From a virus (taxonomy: Duplodnaviria > Caudoviricetes): a stretch of DNA of 64,000 nucleotides. Where the stretch lies: the IMG/VR virus record IMGVR_UViG_3300021426_000004, positions 84,118-148,117 of that record. One strand, written 5' to 3'. This document shows, one piece after another, positions 39,105 to 48,949 of the stretch. The position numbers were made by a program, and so were the translations under genes. The notes under the pieces are model-generated. The model had not been told where the DNA came from, searched no databases, and worked only from the letters and a program-made list of their open reading frames with translations. Each line of letters opens with the position of its first letter. The first letter of the stretch is position 1.

Positions 39105-39776
39105 TTGAATCTTACAAAAAGTGCAGAGTTTTTCAATCCTGAAAGCGTTAAAGAAACAATTAACTTGATTGGATGTGGTTCTGTTGGATCTGCCGTTGCT
39201 GAGCTTCTTGCAAGGTTCGGACTGACTCGTGTCAATCTTTATGATTTTGACACGGTAGAAGAGCACAATCTTTCCAATCAGATGTTCACAACGAAGAATC
39301 TTTATAAACCTAAGCTCGAAGGTGTTTATGACAGATGGACTGAAATCAACCCTGAAGCAGCTAAGAACATCAAGCTATTTGGGGATGGCTGGGACGGCCA
39401 GAAACTTTCTGGATATGTATTCCTTTGCGTAGATAATATCGAATTACGCAAACGAATCGTTGAAGAAAATAAGTATAACATCAACATAAAGGCTATGTTT
39501 GATTTTAGGACGGCTCTTGTTTCAGCGCAGCATTATGCGGCAGACTGGAGCAAGGACGAAGACATTGCTGCATTTCTTGATACGATGGACTTTACCCACG
39601 CTGAAGCAGAAAAGAATGTTCCAGTAAGTGCTTGTAAGGTATCTTTGTGCGTAATGCCAACCGTATGGAGTGTGGCAATGGCCGGAGTTGTGAACTTCGT
39701 TAATTTCGTAAAAGAAGGAAAACTGGAAAAGGCAATGATTCTTAAGCCTTTTGATTTCGAAACTTTAATTCTGTGA
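39105..39776 (+). CDS. ThiF/E1-like adenylating enzyme
   Basis: IGCGSVGS, DFDTVEEHNLSNQ, CVDN...R and a candidate catalytic Cys in VSAC. Confidence 0.92.
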   Translation: MNLTKSAEFFNPESVKETINLIGCGSVGSAVAELLARFGLTRVNLYDFDTVEEHNLSNQMFTTKNLYKPKLEGVYDRWTEINPEAAKNIKLFGDGWDGQKLSGYVFLCVDNIELRKRIVEENKYNINIKAMFDFRTALVSAQHYAADWSKDEDIAAFLDTMDFTHAEAEKNVPVSACKVSLCVMPTVWSVAMAGVVNFVNFVKEGKLEKAMILKPFDFETLIL

Positions 39777-40038
39777 TTCATAAAGACCAAAAATGTTCAA
39801 TCATTAGCAGTTTATGTTATAAGCTGAATCATTTTGCTCGGAGAAGAAGAAGAAGAGCCAGACCGACGCCTCCGCCGGTCTGGCTCTTGGGAAATTCAGG
39901 AAATAACAGTCAGAAAGATGAAGATCAATAAATAGAAACGGGTAAGACGACTGGAAATGGCCAAATAGCAGGGAAATTCACTTAAACATGCTGCAAGATC
40001 CGGACTATTTCCAGGTAAGACTGTAGAGAGTTTATGAA
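39777..40038 (+). ncRNA. Candidate retron-like ncRNA upstream of the RT
   Basis: Terminal IR TTCATAAA(G)/TTTATGAA; 13-bp hairpin 39853-39888; nested ACAGTC/GACTGT and CTGGAAAT/ATTTCCAG stems. Confidence 0.5.
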
Positions 40039-40057
40039 GCAACAGAAAGGATAACAA

Positions 40058-41206
40058 ATGATTTATATTACTTCACATCAGCATAGAAAACCAAGAACAA
40101 TAACATGGGAAGATGTCATTGCTGATAAAATTGTTTTTAATGACATGGCTAATGATGTTTCAAACTACACAGGCACAATAACAAGAAAACTCTCGGAAAT
40201 TGATTCAGCAATGTTAAAAAAGATTAACATAGACGGAATGATCCAATGGCTGGAATCGTATAATAATGAAAATGAGGAATTATTCAAAGCAAGAAGACAA
40301 GATCTTTACTCTTCATTTATGATCCCAAAAGCAACTGGAGGGTTTAGACGCATTGATAATCCTTGCGACAAACTACAAAACGCTTTAAGGAAATTAAGTA
40401 CATTTCTGACAGAAGACTGTGGACTTTTGTATCATACTGCAGCATTTGCGTATGTTAAAGGAAGAAGTATTGTAGATTGCTTGAGAAAACATCAGAGAAA
40501 TAACTCGAACTGGTTTCTTAAAACGGATTTCAGCGGCTTCTTTCCGAATACTACTTTGGAATTTACTATGAAAATGCTGAAAATGATATTTCCTTTATCT
40601 GAAATATGTAAAAGGAATGACGGTTATAAAGCGTTAAGAAAGGCTATAAGCTTAGGATTCCTGAACGGTGGATTACCCCAAGGAACGGTATTGTCGCCTA
40701 CACTTACAAACATAATTTGTATTCCTATTGATTATCGTCTGTTTAATAGATTTTCTGATATGAAAATTGTGTACACAAGATATGCAGATGATATGCATAT
40801 TTCAGCAGAAAGCAAATTTCCAAAAGAGAAAGCAATTCAAATAATCAATGAAACGCTTGAAAAGTTTGGAGCTCCTTGGGAGCTGAAACCTGAAAAGACG
40901 CATTATGGTAACAGAAAGGGTAAGAACTGGTGCCTTGGATTACTGATCAATGCACAAAATAATATCAGCGTAGGAGATAAGAAGAAGAAATATTTCCAGG
41001 CAGCGCTTAATTCGTTTATTCTGGATACCAAGAATAATAAGCTGTGGAACATGGAAGATGTTGTACATCTGAATGGTTTGCTGTCTTATTACAAGATGGT
41101 TGAAAAAGAATACTTTATGAAGACTATTGAAAAATATAACAAAAAGTATTCAGTTGATGTACACGAAATGTTTAAAAGTTATATGAACGGTAGTTTAGCA
41201 GCATAA
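40058..41206 (+). CDS. Retron-like reverse transcriptase
   Basis: IPKATGGFRRID, AFAYVKGRS, KTDFSGFF, LPQGTVLSP, YTRYADD, and WCLGL in place of VTGL; no maturase or endonuclease domain. Confidence 0.9.
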   Translation: MIYITSHQHRKPRTITWEDVIADKIVFNDMANDVSNYTGTITRKLSEIDSAMLKKINIDGMIQWLESYNNENEELFKARRQDLYSSFMIPKATGGFRRIDNPCDKLQNALRKLSTFLTEDCGLLYHTAAFAYVKGRSIVDCLRKHQRNNSNWFLKTDFSGFFPNTTLEFTMKMLKMIFPLSEICKRNDGYKALRKAISLGFLNGGLPQGTVLSPTLTNIICIPIDYRLFNRFSDMKIVYTRYADDMHISAESKFPKEKAIQIINETLEKFGAPWELKPEKTHYGNRKGKNWCLGLLINAQNNISVGDKKKKYFQAALNSFILDTKNNKLWNMEDVVHLNGLLSYYKMVEKEYFMKTIEKYNKKYSVDVHEMFKSYMNGSLAA

Positions 41207-41371
41207 CAAGAAAAGTCTGAAAAGACTCACGAGATGTTATCGAGTGAAACAAGAAGATCCTTTTATAATATAATTTATTATAAGAATTCCTGAAGGCGGC
41301 CACAAGTGGCAGCCTTCAGGAATCATTATAATAAATAATATTAAACTAATACTTCGTATTTAGTTGTTATG
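41202..41371 (+). ncRNA. Candidate retron msr/msd RNA downstream of the RT
   Basis: IR CATAACAA(G)/TTGTTATG, small stem-loops, then a 38-bp hairpin 41266-41303/41306-41343 with 4 mismatches. Confidence 0.6.
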
Positions 41372-41393
41372 ATTTAAACTAATCTTTTAGTTC

Positions 41394-41435
41394 GGTACCG
41401 AACTATGGAGACATTCGAAAATTGACGTAAAGGAG
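41394..41435 (+). promoter_or_regulatory. 42-nt phage promoter-like motif
   Basis: GGTACCGAACTATGGAGACATTCGAAAATTGACGTAAAGGAG. Confidence 0.7.
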
Positions 41436-41817
41436 AGAGTGTTGTTAGAAAGGTAGGAATCGCTCTCCTGTAGCACTCTTTCCTTTATAAAAACATACGT
41501 TCCGATGTTAAAAACCTTTGTAGGAACGTTTCTTTGTAATGCGTGGCTTTGCGCTTACAAGGAAAGGCCGTATTAATATATTGCGAGACAATATGATACG
41601 GTCGGGAGCTGCTCGCAATAAGCTTAATGAAGACTCTGCCTGTCTTCGGCTCCCATTTTAATTTAATAAAAAGAGTAGATTCCCAACACACATAAAAAAT
41701 CGCTTTTTTAGTGGTTTCAGGATCATCTTATATAGCGACATCTCTCTTGCATCCAGAGCTAACAATGTAAGTTCTCATGTTGCTATTTAGGCTGATTAAT
41801 TTCAGCCTATTTTTTTA

Positions 41818-41881
41818 TGCGCAGTCGTCCAACGGAAGGACAACGTACAAGTAAATCCAAGTTCGATTCTTGGCTGTGTAA
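41818..41881 (+). ncRNA. tRNA-like RNA lacking an anticodon arm
   Basis: Acceptor TGCGCAG/CTGTGTA, D-arm GTCC-AACGGAA-GGAC, T-arm CCAAG-TTCGATT-CTTGG, only 15 nt between D and T arms. Confidence 0.6.
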
Positions 41882-42189
41882 CTAAATTCTGAGAGATAAA
41901 ATACTTAATAGAAAACAATTTGTGGCAAACATTTGTTCTCCTTTCCAATACATAAGAAACGAATCTTCTATTGGGATTTTATCGAGTGCTCTCTCAGGCA
42001 TGAACCCTCTGCAGTGCAATCGTTTCTCGCTGCAACAGTTTTGTTAAGGGCAGGCAGCCCCGAAGAGTAAAACCACTGTTTCATGGGGATGCGTGGTGAT
42101 GCTGTACGGAAGGAAACATAACGTACAGCTTTAGCTATGTCTCCGTAAGGAGTTTATATAAACAAAAATTTGAAAGGGGAGATTTCTTA

Positions 42190-45009
42190 TTGTCTGTAAA
42201 AACATATCTGCTTGAGCAGATAAGGCTGGTGTCCCTATCCAGTTACGATCTTTTTACGGATGAAGAGTACGATCTGTATATGCAGATAGTTGAACTCAAA
42301 AATCATTTGGACGAATTGGATAATAACAACGCAACAAAACAAGAAAAGCAACCAATCATCGATGAAAAGGCAAAATTAAAGCATAAGCTTGAAACAATTA
42401 TACTTCAGCATAAAGATACTCCAAGAACGGTTCGGCTGAAATCAGTTATTTATCATCCCAAAGATGCTGATTATCCGTTTCCGGAAGGAATAACTTATCG
42501 TAATCTGAAAAGCGGTAAAAAAATTGCTGAGTTTTGTTGCGAGCTGTCCAGAGCAATGGGCTTAAAGAATCTTGATTCAACATTGGATTTGATTGTTGTT
42601 AAATGGAAAAACACCGAAATACTTCGTCAGCTTGTAATGAACGGATTCTATATGCCACTTCTTACTGAAAACGGAATAGAAAACCGGCATTACAGATTTT
42701 TCACAGCCAGCGCTGGGCAACTGAGAAGAGATAAAATCCAATGTATATCTGATCAAGCATGGGAAAAGGTACACAAAAGACTGGAATGTGGAATGAACTG
42801 GGATTTAATTAACGAAAGAGGATCGTTGAATCCTAATAAGTATCTTGCATACTTAAGTCTTGGGTCTTCCGCTACTGAAGAATGGGCAGACTTTGATATT
42901 GACCGCTGTATTGTGATCAAGGAATTTGAAGGGCCTGTCACAGACAGAATGATGTATATCAAACCTGATTACACATATGAAACAAGTGTTCGCACCGTAA
43001 TGATTGATCATACAGATGGATGTGGAATGATGCTTCCTGAAGTTTCAAAATCAAATTTTATGGTGAGGAGCTGCTGGATTAAAGGTCTTCTTGGTAGCTT
43101 TGATTTTATGAAGTTTTGCAAAGTAAATAATGTAAGTCCTGTAATTGAAGATGCTTGGGGAAAAACACATGATCTTGTGAAAGAAAAAATCAATGTTATC
43201 CTGACAACATCTATGTTTAAGCTGTATAAGCTTTATAAATCATGGGATGAGTACAAGAAATTCTTCAAAGAAAATGATTGCAGGTTTTGCAGAACAAACT
43301 ATGAAGAAGATTATATAAAAGATACAACAATTTCATATCAGATGATTCAAACTTGTGTGCTTTTCAGCGACGCTGAAATAAAAGAGTTCACCAAGAATGA
43401 ACATAACAGAATAGAAAACCTTACTAAGGATAAGAAATCAATGCTGGAAATACTGAAGGCAAATCCAAACTCGGATCAGCCTTATAAAGCAGCATTAGCG
43501 TTATATCCTGAGCTGTTAAGAGAAGCATACACAAGAGAATCTATGAAAAACATCCGTAAAAGAATGTTGCTGGATGCTAAGTCGGGCCGAATAAGATGTG
43601 AAAATAAACGATTATTTGTCTTGCCTGACTTCTATGCAGCCTGTGAATATTGGTTTATGGGTATTGAAAGACCAAAAGGACTGCTGGCTAAAGATGAGGT
43701 TGCTTGTAAGATATTCAGAAGACATGATAAAGCTGATGTTTTGAGGTCTCCTCATCTGTATCTTGAACATTCTATTCAGAAAATATCCCATGATCAGAAT
43801 GTTTATGATTGGTTCTACACAAATGCAATTCATACAAGTGTGCAAAGTATGATTTCCAGAATTTTACAATTCGATGTTGATGGAGATCAGCTTAATGTAA
43901 TAGTAGATCCACTTTTCGTGGAAATTGCAGAACGAAATGTAAAAGAATTTGATATTGTTCCGCTGTTCTACGAATCTGAAAAAGCAAACGCAGAACCAAT
44001 TAATAATCAGTCTTTATATCATGGACTGTTAAGAGCTCATGAATACTCCAATATAGGTGAAATATCCAATATGTTAACGCGGCTGTGGAATAAGGACAAA
44101 CCAGATAAAGTCGCGGCTGCTCTATTAACATACTTAAATAACCTTCGCATTGATGGTGCGAAAACAGGAGTCGTTCATGAATATGCGAATATTCCTGCTG
44201 TAGCTAAGAGAATTGGCAAAGCTACCGGCGGAAAGAACGGAAGAATGCCATTCTGGTTTCAGTTCAGTTTGAATGGGCGTAAAGATACACCAAAGAATCG
44301 TAAGAAAAAATATGCTGATGCTAATAATTCTACGATGAATCGCATATGTAAATCTTTCGATGATATTGGAAACATTAATTTAAACTATGCAGGTGTCAGA
44401 CCATTTAACTGGCAAATGTTATTATCTGAACCTTGCGCAAGTTCACGGCCGGAAATACCTGAACTGTTTTGTGAAATGGATAGTTCCAATATTGCAAGTG
44501 TCATTGAAAACAGGGATGACGCATATAGCAACGAAAAGAAACTTTTAAATGGCAGTATTATTGTTGCAGAAGATATTACGGCAAGAATAATAGAAAAATA
44601 TGGATCATTGGAGTATGCATATCCATATATTGTAAAGTATCTCTTTGCCGGAGAAGGAATCAATAAGTCAGCACATAAACAAATGTTCTGGAAAGTCTTC
44701 GGAGAGATAGCGCTGGCTAATCTAAAGAAGAACCTTGCAACATGCGATACATGTCCAGACTGTAAGGTTAAAATTCCTAGTTGGGTTAAACACCATACTT
44801 GCGTAAAGAATTCCAAAGGGTTTTATCAGTGTATAGATTGTGGAGTAATGTGTGAACGAGCAAATGCAAGACAATGCAGATGCGAACAATGTCAGGAGCA
44901 ATATAGGAGCATACAGAAGAAAGCCTCACGAAGAGCCAAAAGAGAAGAACAGAAAGCGATTGTTGCAGCACGTATTTCTCACTTGCAATCGTCCTTGACA
45001 GAGACATGA
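42190..45009 (+). CDS. YonO-like two-barrel RNA polymerase (copy 2) with C-terminal Zn-ribbons
   Basis: TDGCGMM, WIKGLL, LRSPHL and QFDVDGD motifs; CxxC clusters at the C-terminus. Confidence 0.88.
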   Translation: MSVKTYLLEQIRLVSLSSYDLFTDEEYDLYMQIVELKNHLDELDNNNATKQEKQPIIDEKAKLKHKLETIILQHKDTPRTVRLKSVIYHPKDADYPFPEGITYRNLKSGKKIAEFCCELSRAMGLKNLDSTLDLIVVKWKNTEILRQLVMNGFYMPLLTENGIENRHYRFFTASAGQLRRDKIQCISDQAWEKVHKRLECGMNWDLINERGSLNPNKYLAYLSLGSSATEEWADFDIDRCIVIKEFEGPVTDRMMYIKPDYTYETSVRTVMIDHTDGCGMMLPEVSKSNFMVRSCWIKGLLGSFDFMKFCKVNNVSPVIEDAWGKTHDLVKEKINVILTTSMFKLYKLYKSWDEYKKFFKENDCRFCRTNYEEDYIKDTTISYQMIQTCVLFSDAEIKEFTKNEHNRIENLTKDKKSMLEILKANPNSDQPYKAALALYPELLREAYTRESMKNIRKRMLLDAKSGRIRCENKRLFVLPDFYAACEYWFMGIERPKGLLAKDEVACKIFRRHDKADVLRSPHLYLEHSIQKISHDQNVYDWFYTNAIHTSVQSMISRILQFDVDGDQLNVIVDPLFVEIAERNVKEFDIVPLFYESEKANAEPINNQSLYHGLLRAHEYSNIGEISNMLTRLWNKDKPDKVAAALLTYLNNLRIDGAKTGVVHEYANIPAVAKRIGKATGGKNGRMPFWFQFSLNGRKDTPKNRKKKYADANNSTMNRICKSFDDIGNINLNYAGVRPFNWQMLLSEPCASSRPEIPELFCEMDSSNIASVIENRDDAYSNEKKLLNGSIIVAEDITARIIEKYGSLEYAYPYIVKYLFAGEGINKSAHKQMFWKVFGEIALANLKKNLATCDTCPDCKVKIPSWVKHHTCVKNSKGFYQCIDCGVMCERANARQCRCEQCQEQYRSIQKKASRRAKREEQKAIVAARISHLQSSLTET

Positions 45010-45458
45010 AAAATGGCTCTTTCTGGCCTTCGTATGTATTATGTTATGCTCAATCGTCTTCTGATAAACGATCCGGATACAGAGTAATAAAACAGTTTGA
45101 AGGATCAAAGAAATTTTATCTTCCCAAAGTACTTGTAACATCTATATATGGGCATGATGAACTGTTGGATTATCTGTCCGATTACAGAACGCAAGATAAG
45201 ATGTATGGTGTCCATTATTATCCTAGCGGGGCACTGTGCTGGTTGGAAACAAATCAGTATGGTGACCCCGTTGGGTCAATATATATTGTCAGGAAAGTTC
45301 CAGATTTAAAATTGCTTGAAAAGCCAATGCGAGAACGTGGTATGAGAAAGCTATTGCAAGATCAGAATCGTAAATTAACGTTAAACGAAAAGTTCGCAAA
45401 AGAAAAACCTGATACAGAACAATGGAATTACGAAAAACCACGATTCAATATGAAATGA
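45006..45458 (+). CDS. Hypothetical protein
   Basis: ATGA overlap with the RNAP gene. Confidence 0.65.
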   Translation: MKNGSFWPSYVLCYAQSSSDKRSGYRVIKQFEGSKKFYLPKVLVTSIYGHDELLDYLSDYRTQDKMYGVHYYPSGALCWLETNQYGDPVGSIYIVRKVPDLKLLEKPMRERGMRKLLQDQNRKLTLNEKFAKEKPDTEQWNYEKPRFNMK

Positions 45459-45473
45459 AAGGAATGATTATAA

Positions 45474-46223
45474 TTGCCTCCAAGAAAAAGCACAATTGAT
45501 GAAGTCAAAGCTGATGTAGCAAAAGAGCTTGCAGATGAACGTTTGCATACTAATATGCGATTCTATGGTCAAGTCCAGGATACTCCTGCCGAAGCAAGGA
45601 AAGAAATCCAGGCTGGAAGACTTAAAGGGTATACGGATATTAATCCGATGTTTCGTATCAAGAGGTTGACAGAAGTCTTCGGTCCTGCTGGATTTGGTTG
45701 GTGGACGCAGAATGAAAAGTATACTTTCTCTCCTTGTGAAACTGGAGAAGTTGCTGTATTCTGTGAGCTCCAGCTGGTTGTTGTTGATCCGGAAACAGAA
45801 AAGGAAAGCCATCCTATCAGCGGCGTAGGCGGCAATAAGTTTGTTGCGAATGAACGTAACGGAAAGTATTGCAATGACGAAGCTATGAAGATGGCTTATA
45901 CAGATGCACTTTCTATTGCTTGTAAATCTCTTGGTTTCTGTCATGATATTTATTATCAGAAGGATCGAACCAAGTATTCTCTTCCTGAAGATGAGATGAA
46001 CTCCAATGCTCCATCGCCTGAAGATTACAGGGAGATCACTTCACGTATTCAGAAAGGCGTTGCGCTTGTAACCAAAAAGATGAGCGATGAAGAAAAGGAC
46101 CAGTTTACACAGAATGTAATTGTGAAGCATATCGGTACAATCAATTATATGACTTGTAAAGATATGAATAAGCTCAAAGCACTTCTGGATGAACTTCTTG
46201 CTATGGCAAAGAAGGCTGCTTAA
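45474..46223 (+). CDS. Rad52/Sak-like single-strand annealing protein
   Basis: DINPMFRIKRLTEVFGPAGFGW...AMKMAYTDALSIAC..LG...DIY; next to SSB. Confidence 0.8.
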   Translation: MPPRKSTIDEVKADVAKELADERLHTNMRFYGQVQDTPAEARKEIQAGRLKGYTDINPMFRIKRLTEVFGPAGFGWWTQNEKYTFSPCETGEVAVFCELQLVVVDPETEKESHPISGVGGNKFVANERNGKYCNDEAMKMAYTDALSIACKSLGFCHDIYYQKDRTKYSLPEDEMNSNAPSPEDYREITSRIQKGVALVTKKMSDEEKDQFTQNVIVKHIGTINYMTCKDMNKLKALLDELLAMAKKAA

Positions 46224-46393
46224 GGCTCAAACATCAGCATAAGCAGTGACTTTGCATTGACTGAAGCTGATTTTGCAGTACACGGAGAGTTATCGTCGAC
46301 TCTCCGTGTTTTATATGACCAAACACAGACAAAACATTACTAATGAAAAAGGTCGATGACGAAATAGAAAAACATGTAAGGTGGTAAAAAACA

Positions 46394-46762
46394 ATGGCAA
46401 ACAATGCAAAAGTCGGATTAACTGGCAGACTTACTAAAGACCCGACGCAAAAGACGTGGCAGAACACAACGGTTGTTTCCTTTACTGTGGCTGTCAGCAC
46501 GACTAAAAAGGAAGGCGATAAATATATCGCTGATTTCTACAACGTGAGCGTATGGGGTAAGACAGGAGAGTATTTACTGCCCAAGATTTCAAAGGGTTCT
46601 CTCGTGCAGGTTTACGGAGAACAGATTATCCAAACCTACAAGGATAGCAATGGAGTTGAAAGGGTAACGCCTTCCGTAAGGGCTACGGACGTAATTCCGC
46701 TGACGAAGAAGGAAGAAACCCATACTCAAACGGATACTAATGACGATCCGCCTCCGTTCTAA
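46394..46762 (+). CDS. ssb: Single-stranded DNA-binding protein (paralog 3)
   Basis: GRLTKDP...FTVAV...VWGK...KGSLVQVYG; tail DDPPPF. Confidence 0.92.
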   Translation: MANNAKVGLTGRLTKDPTQKTWQNTTVVSFTVAVSTTKKEGDKYIADFYNVSVWGKTGEYLLPKISKGSLVQVYGEQIIQTYKDSNGVERVTPSVRATDVIPLTKKEETHTQTDTNDDPPPF

Positions 46763-47020
46763 TAATCGCTAAGACAAGCTGCAAAGGCTCAGTCTATGTT
46801 ATAGGTTGATTCACATTGGGAAAGAATTGCCGATCTTACCCAGCTGCTGGCTCGCCAACGAGCCCGCAGCTGGGACAATCGGCTTGTTTACAGCTCGCCA
46901 TCAAGGTGCGAGCTGTAAACAGACGAATACTCACGTATTTAGTTAGCGAATACCGAACGGATGTTTACTACAGACAAAACATTACTAAAGAAATTATAAA
47001 ACATCAGGAGGAAGTTAATC

Positions 47021-48856
47021 ATGGATTCTATGACTAGTGCAGTTATCGAGCTGGCTGATAAACATCTCGGATATTTCAGGGTTAAGAATGGTCAGGTTAT
47101 TGCTGAATATTGTCCTTTCTGTCATGGCCACGATAAAGATAAGGAAACATTCGCTGTTGGAACTGCAAACGGACTGTGGCAGTGCCTTCGTGGAAGTTGC
47201 GGGAAGAAAGGCAACTTCAAACAGCTGTGCGAATATTTTGGAGAAGAAGCACCTACTGGATACTCTCTTCCCAAAGTGACAAAGCAGCAGAAGAAAATAT
47301 ATACAAAACTCGATGAAGATATTCTGTATCCTATGACTGAGGATATTGTTACATATATGGCTACACGTCGCATTTCTGAAGAGACTTTACTCGATTGGAA
47401 GATTGCGGCTGATAAAAAGGGAAATATTATTTTTCCTTTCTATCGTGACGACGAACTGGTTTATGTAAAGTATCGTAAACCTAAGAGGCATGAAAAGGCA
47501 GATGGGCCGAAAGAATGGCAGGAGTCAAACACAGAGCCGATTCTGTTTGGCATGGATATGACTGATTTCAATAAGCCTCTTGTTATTACTGAAGGTGAAA
47601 TTGACGCACTGTCTCTGTATGAAGCTGGTATTTCCAATGTTGTTTCAGTTCCCTGCGGCTGTAACAATCTTGAATTTGTTAATCTTTGTTGGGAATATCT
47701 CGAAAAGTTCAATCAGATTATTCTGTTCGGAGATGCAGATGAACCTGGACAGGAAATGATTGCAACTCTTTCCAAGCGGCTTGGAGAAGATCGCTGCATG
47801 ATCCCTTCTGAATATCCGGAATTCATCTATAACAATAAGGACTACAACAGGATCTGCAAAGATGCTAATGAAATCCTTATGTGCTATGGTCCGGAGTTTC
47901 TGAAGAACTTAGTTGACAGTTGTGAGCCTGCTCCTATTAAGGGCGTGCTTGAACTGTCCAAGATTCCGTTTGTTGATCCTACTACCGTGCCGAGACTTCT
48001 TACAAAGATTCCGGCCCTTGATAATATGATTGGTGGATTCAGCGAAGGAAGTCTTTGCATCATTTCCGGTAAGAGAGGCGAGGGAAAATCCACCCTGTCT
48101 GGTCCTTTGTGTTTGAACGCAATTTCACAGGGTGAAACCGTCTGTGTGTATTCCGGAGAACTGAATGCATATAAGTTCCTTGAATGGATTATGCTTCAGG
48201 CTACTGAGCGGAAGTATATTGAATATAAAACTGATGCAAGGTCCGGTAAGAATATTTGCTGTGTCAGCGCTGAAATTCAGAAAAGGATTAAGAAATGGCT
48301 CGAAGGCAAGTTCTATCTTTATGATAACTCGATTGTTACCGACGAAAAGCAAACTGATTCGATTCTTAAAGTATTCGAAGCATGCGCTCGTCGTTACGGA
48401 ACCAAGACGTTTATCTGTGATAACCTTATGAGCGCTTTGGTCTCTGCTGATGAAGAGAATAAAGCACAGGCAAAGTTTACGGCTCAGTTGAAGGCATTTG
48501 CAAATAAGTATAAGGCTCATGTAATTGTAATTGCTCATCCGAGAAAGACTGCAGCTGGTACAACCTTTACATCCGATGATGTAAGCGGTAGTTCAGCGAT
48601 CACAAATCTTGCTGATGTAGTGCTGAATGTTGAGAAATCTCCAAAGGGAATTCGAGTCACTAAGAACAGGGACTTTGGAATTACTGGTTTTATTCCTACC
48701 TGTTATGATCCTGCCAACAGGAGAATCTTTCAGCTTAATACTGGAGATCGTGTTGTTTACGGCTGGGATCACAATGGAATTGAAGTTCCTGAGAATGCAG
48801 CAGAAAGTCTTGAAGAGTTCAAGATTGATGATGGAGCTCAGACACAGCCAATTTAA
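47021..48856 (+). CDS. Primase-helicase (Zn finger, TOPRIM, SF4 helicase)
   Basis: CPFC, ITEGEIDALS, GDADEPG, KDANE, Walker A GKRGEGKST, IAHPRK. Confidence 0.93.
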   Translation: MDSMTSAVIELADKHLGYFRVKNGQVIAEYCPFCHGHDKDKETFAVGTANGLWQCLRGSCGKKGNFKQLCEYFGEEAPTGYSLPKVTKQQKKIYTKLDEDILYPMTEDIVTYMATRRISEETLLDWKIAADKKGNIIFPFYRDDELVYVKYRKPKRHEKADGPKEWQESNTEPILFGMDMTDFNKPLVITEGEIDALSLYEAGISNVVSVPCGCNNLEFVNLCWEYLEKFNQIILFGDADEPGQEMIATLSKRLGEDRCMIPSEYPEFIYNNKDYNRICKDANEILMCYGPEFLKNLVDSCEPAPIKGVLELSKIPFVDPTTVPRLLTKIPALDNMIGGFSEGSLCIISGKRGEGKSTLSGPLCLNAISQGETVCVYSGELNAYKFLEWIMLQATERKYIEYKTDARSGKNICCVSAEIQKRIKKWLEGKFYLYDNSIVTDEKQTDSILKVFEACARRYGTKTFICDNLMSALVSADEENKAQAKFTAQLKAFANKYKAHVIVIAHPRKTAAGTTFTSDDVSGSSAITNLADVVLNVEKSPKGIRVTKNRDFGITGFIPTCYDPANRRIFQLNTGDRVVYGWDHNGIEVPENAAESLEEFKIDDGAQTQPI

Positions 48857-48949
48857 TAAAAGAAAAAAGACGGAGGACTGAAGTGATTATGCTTCAGTCC
48901 TTCGTCAATATTGCTAATAATTTTTAAACATATATAACCAGGAGAGTAT

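Noticed and set aside
40058-41206. DGR or group II intron RT
   Set aside because: No TR/VR repeat pair or Avd seen; no maturase/endonuclease domain or intron domain V; motifs fit retron-type RTs better
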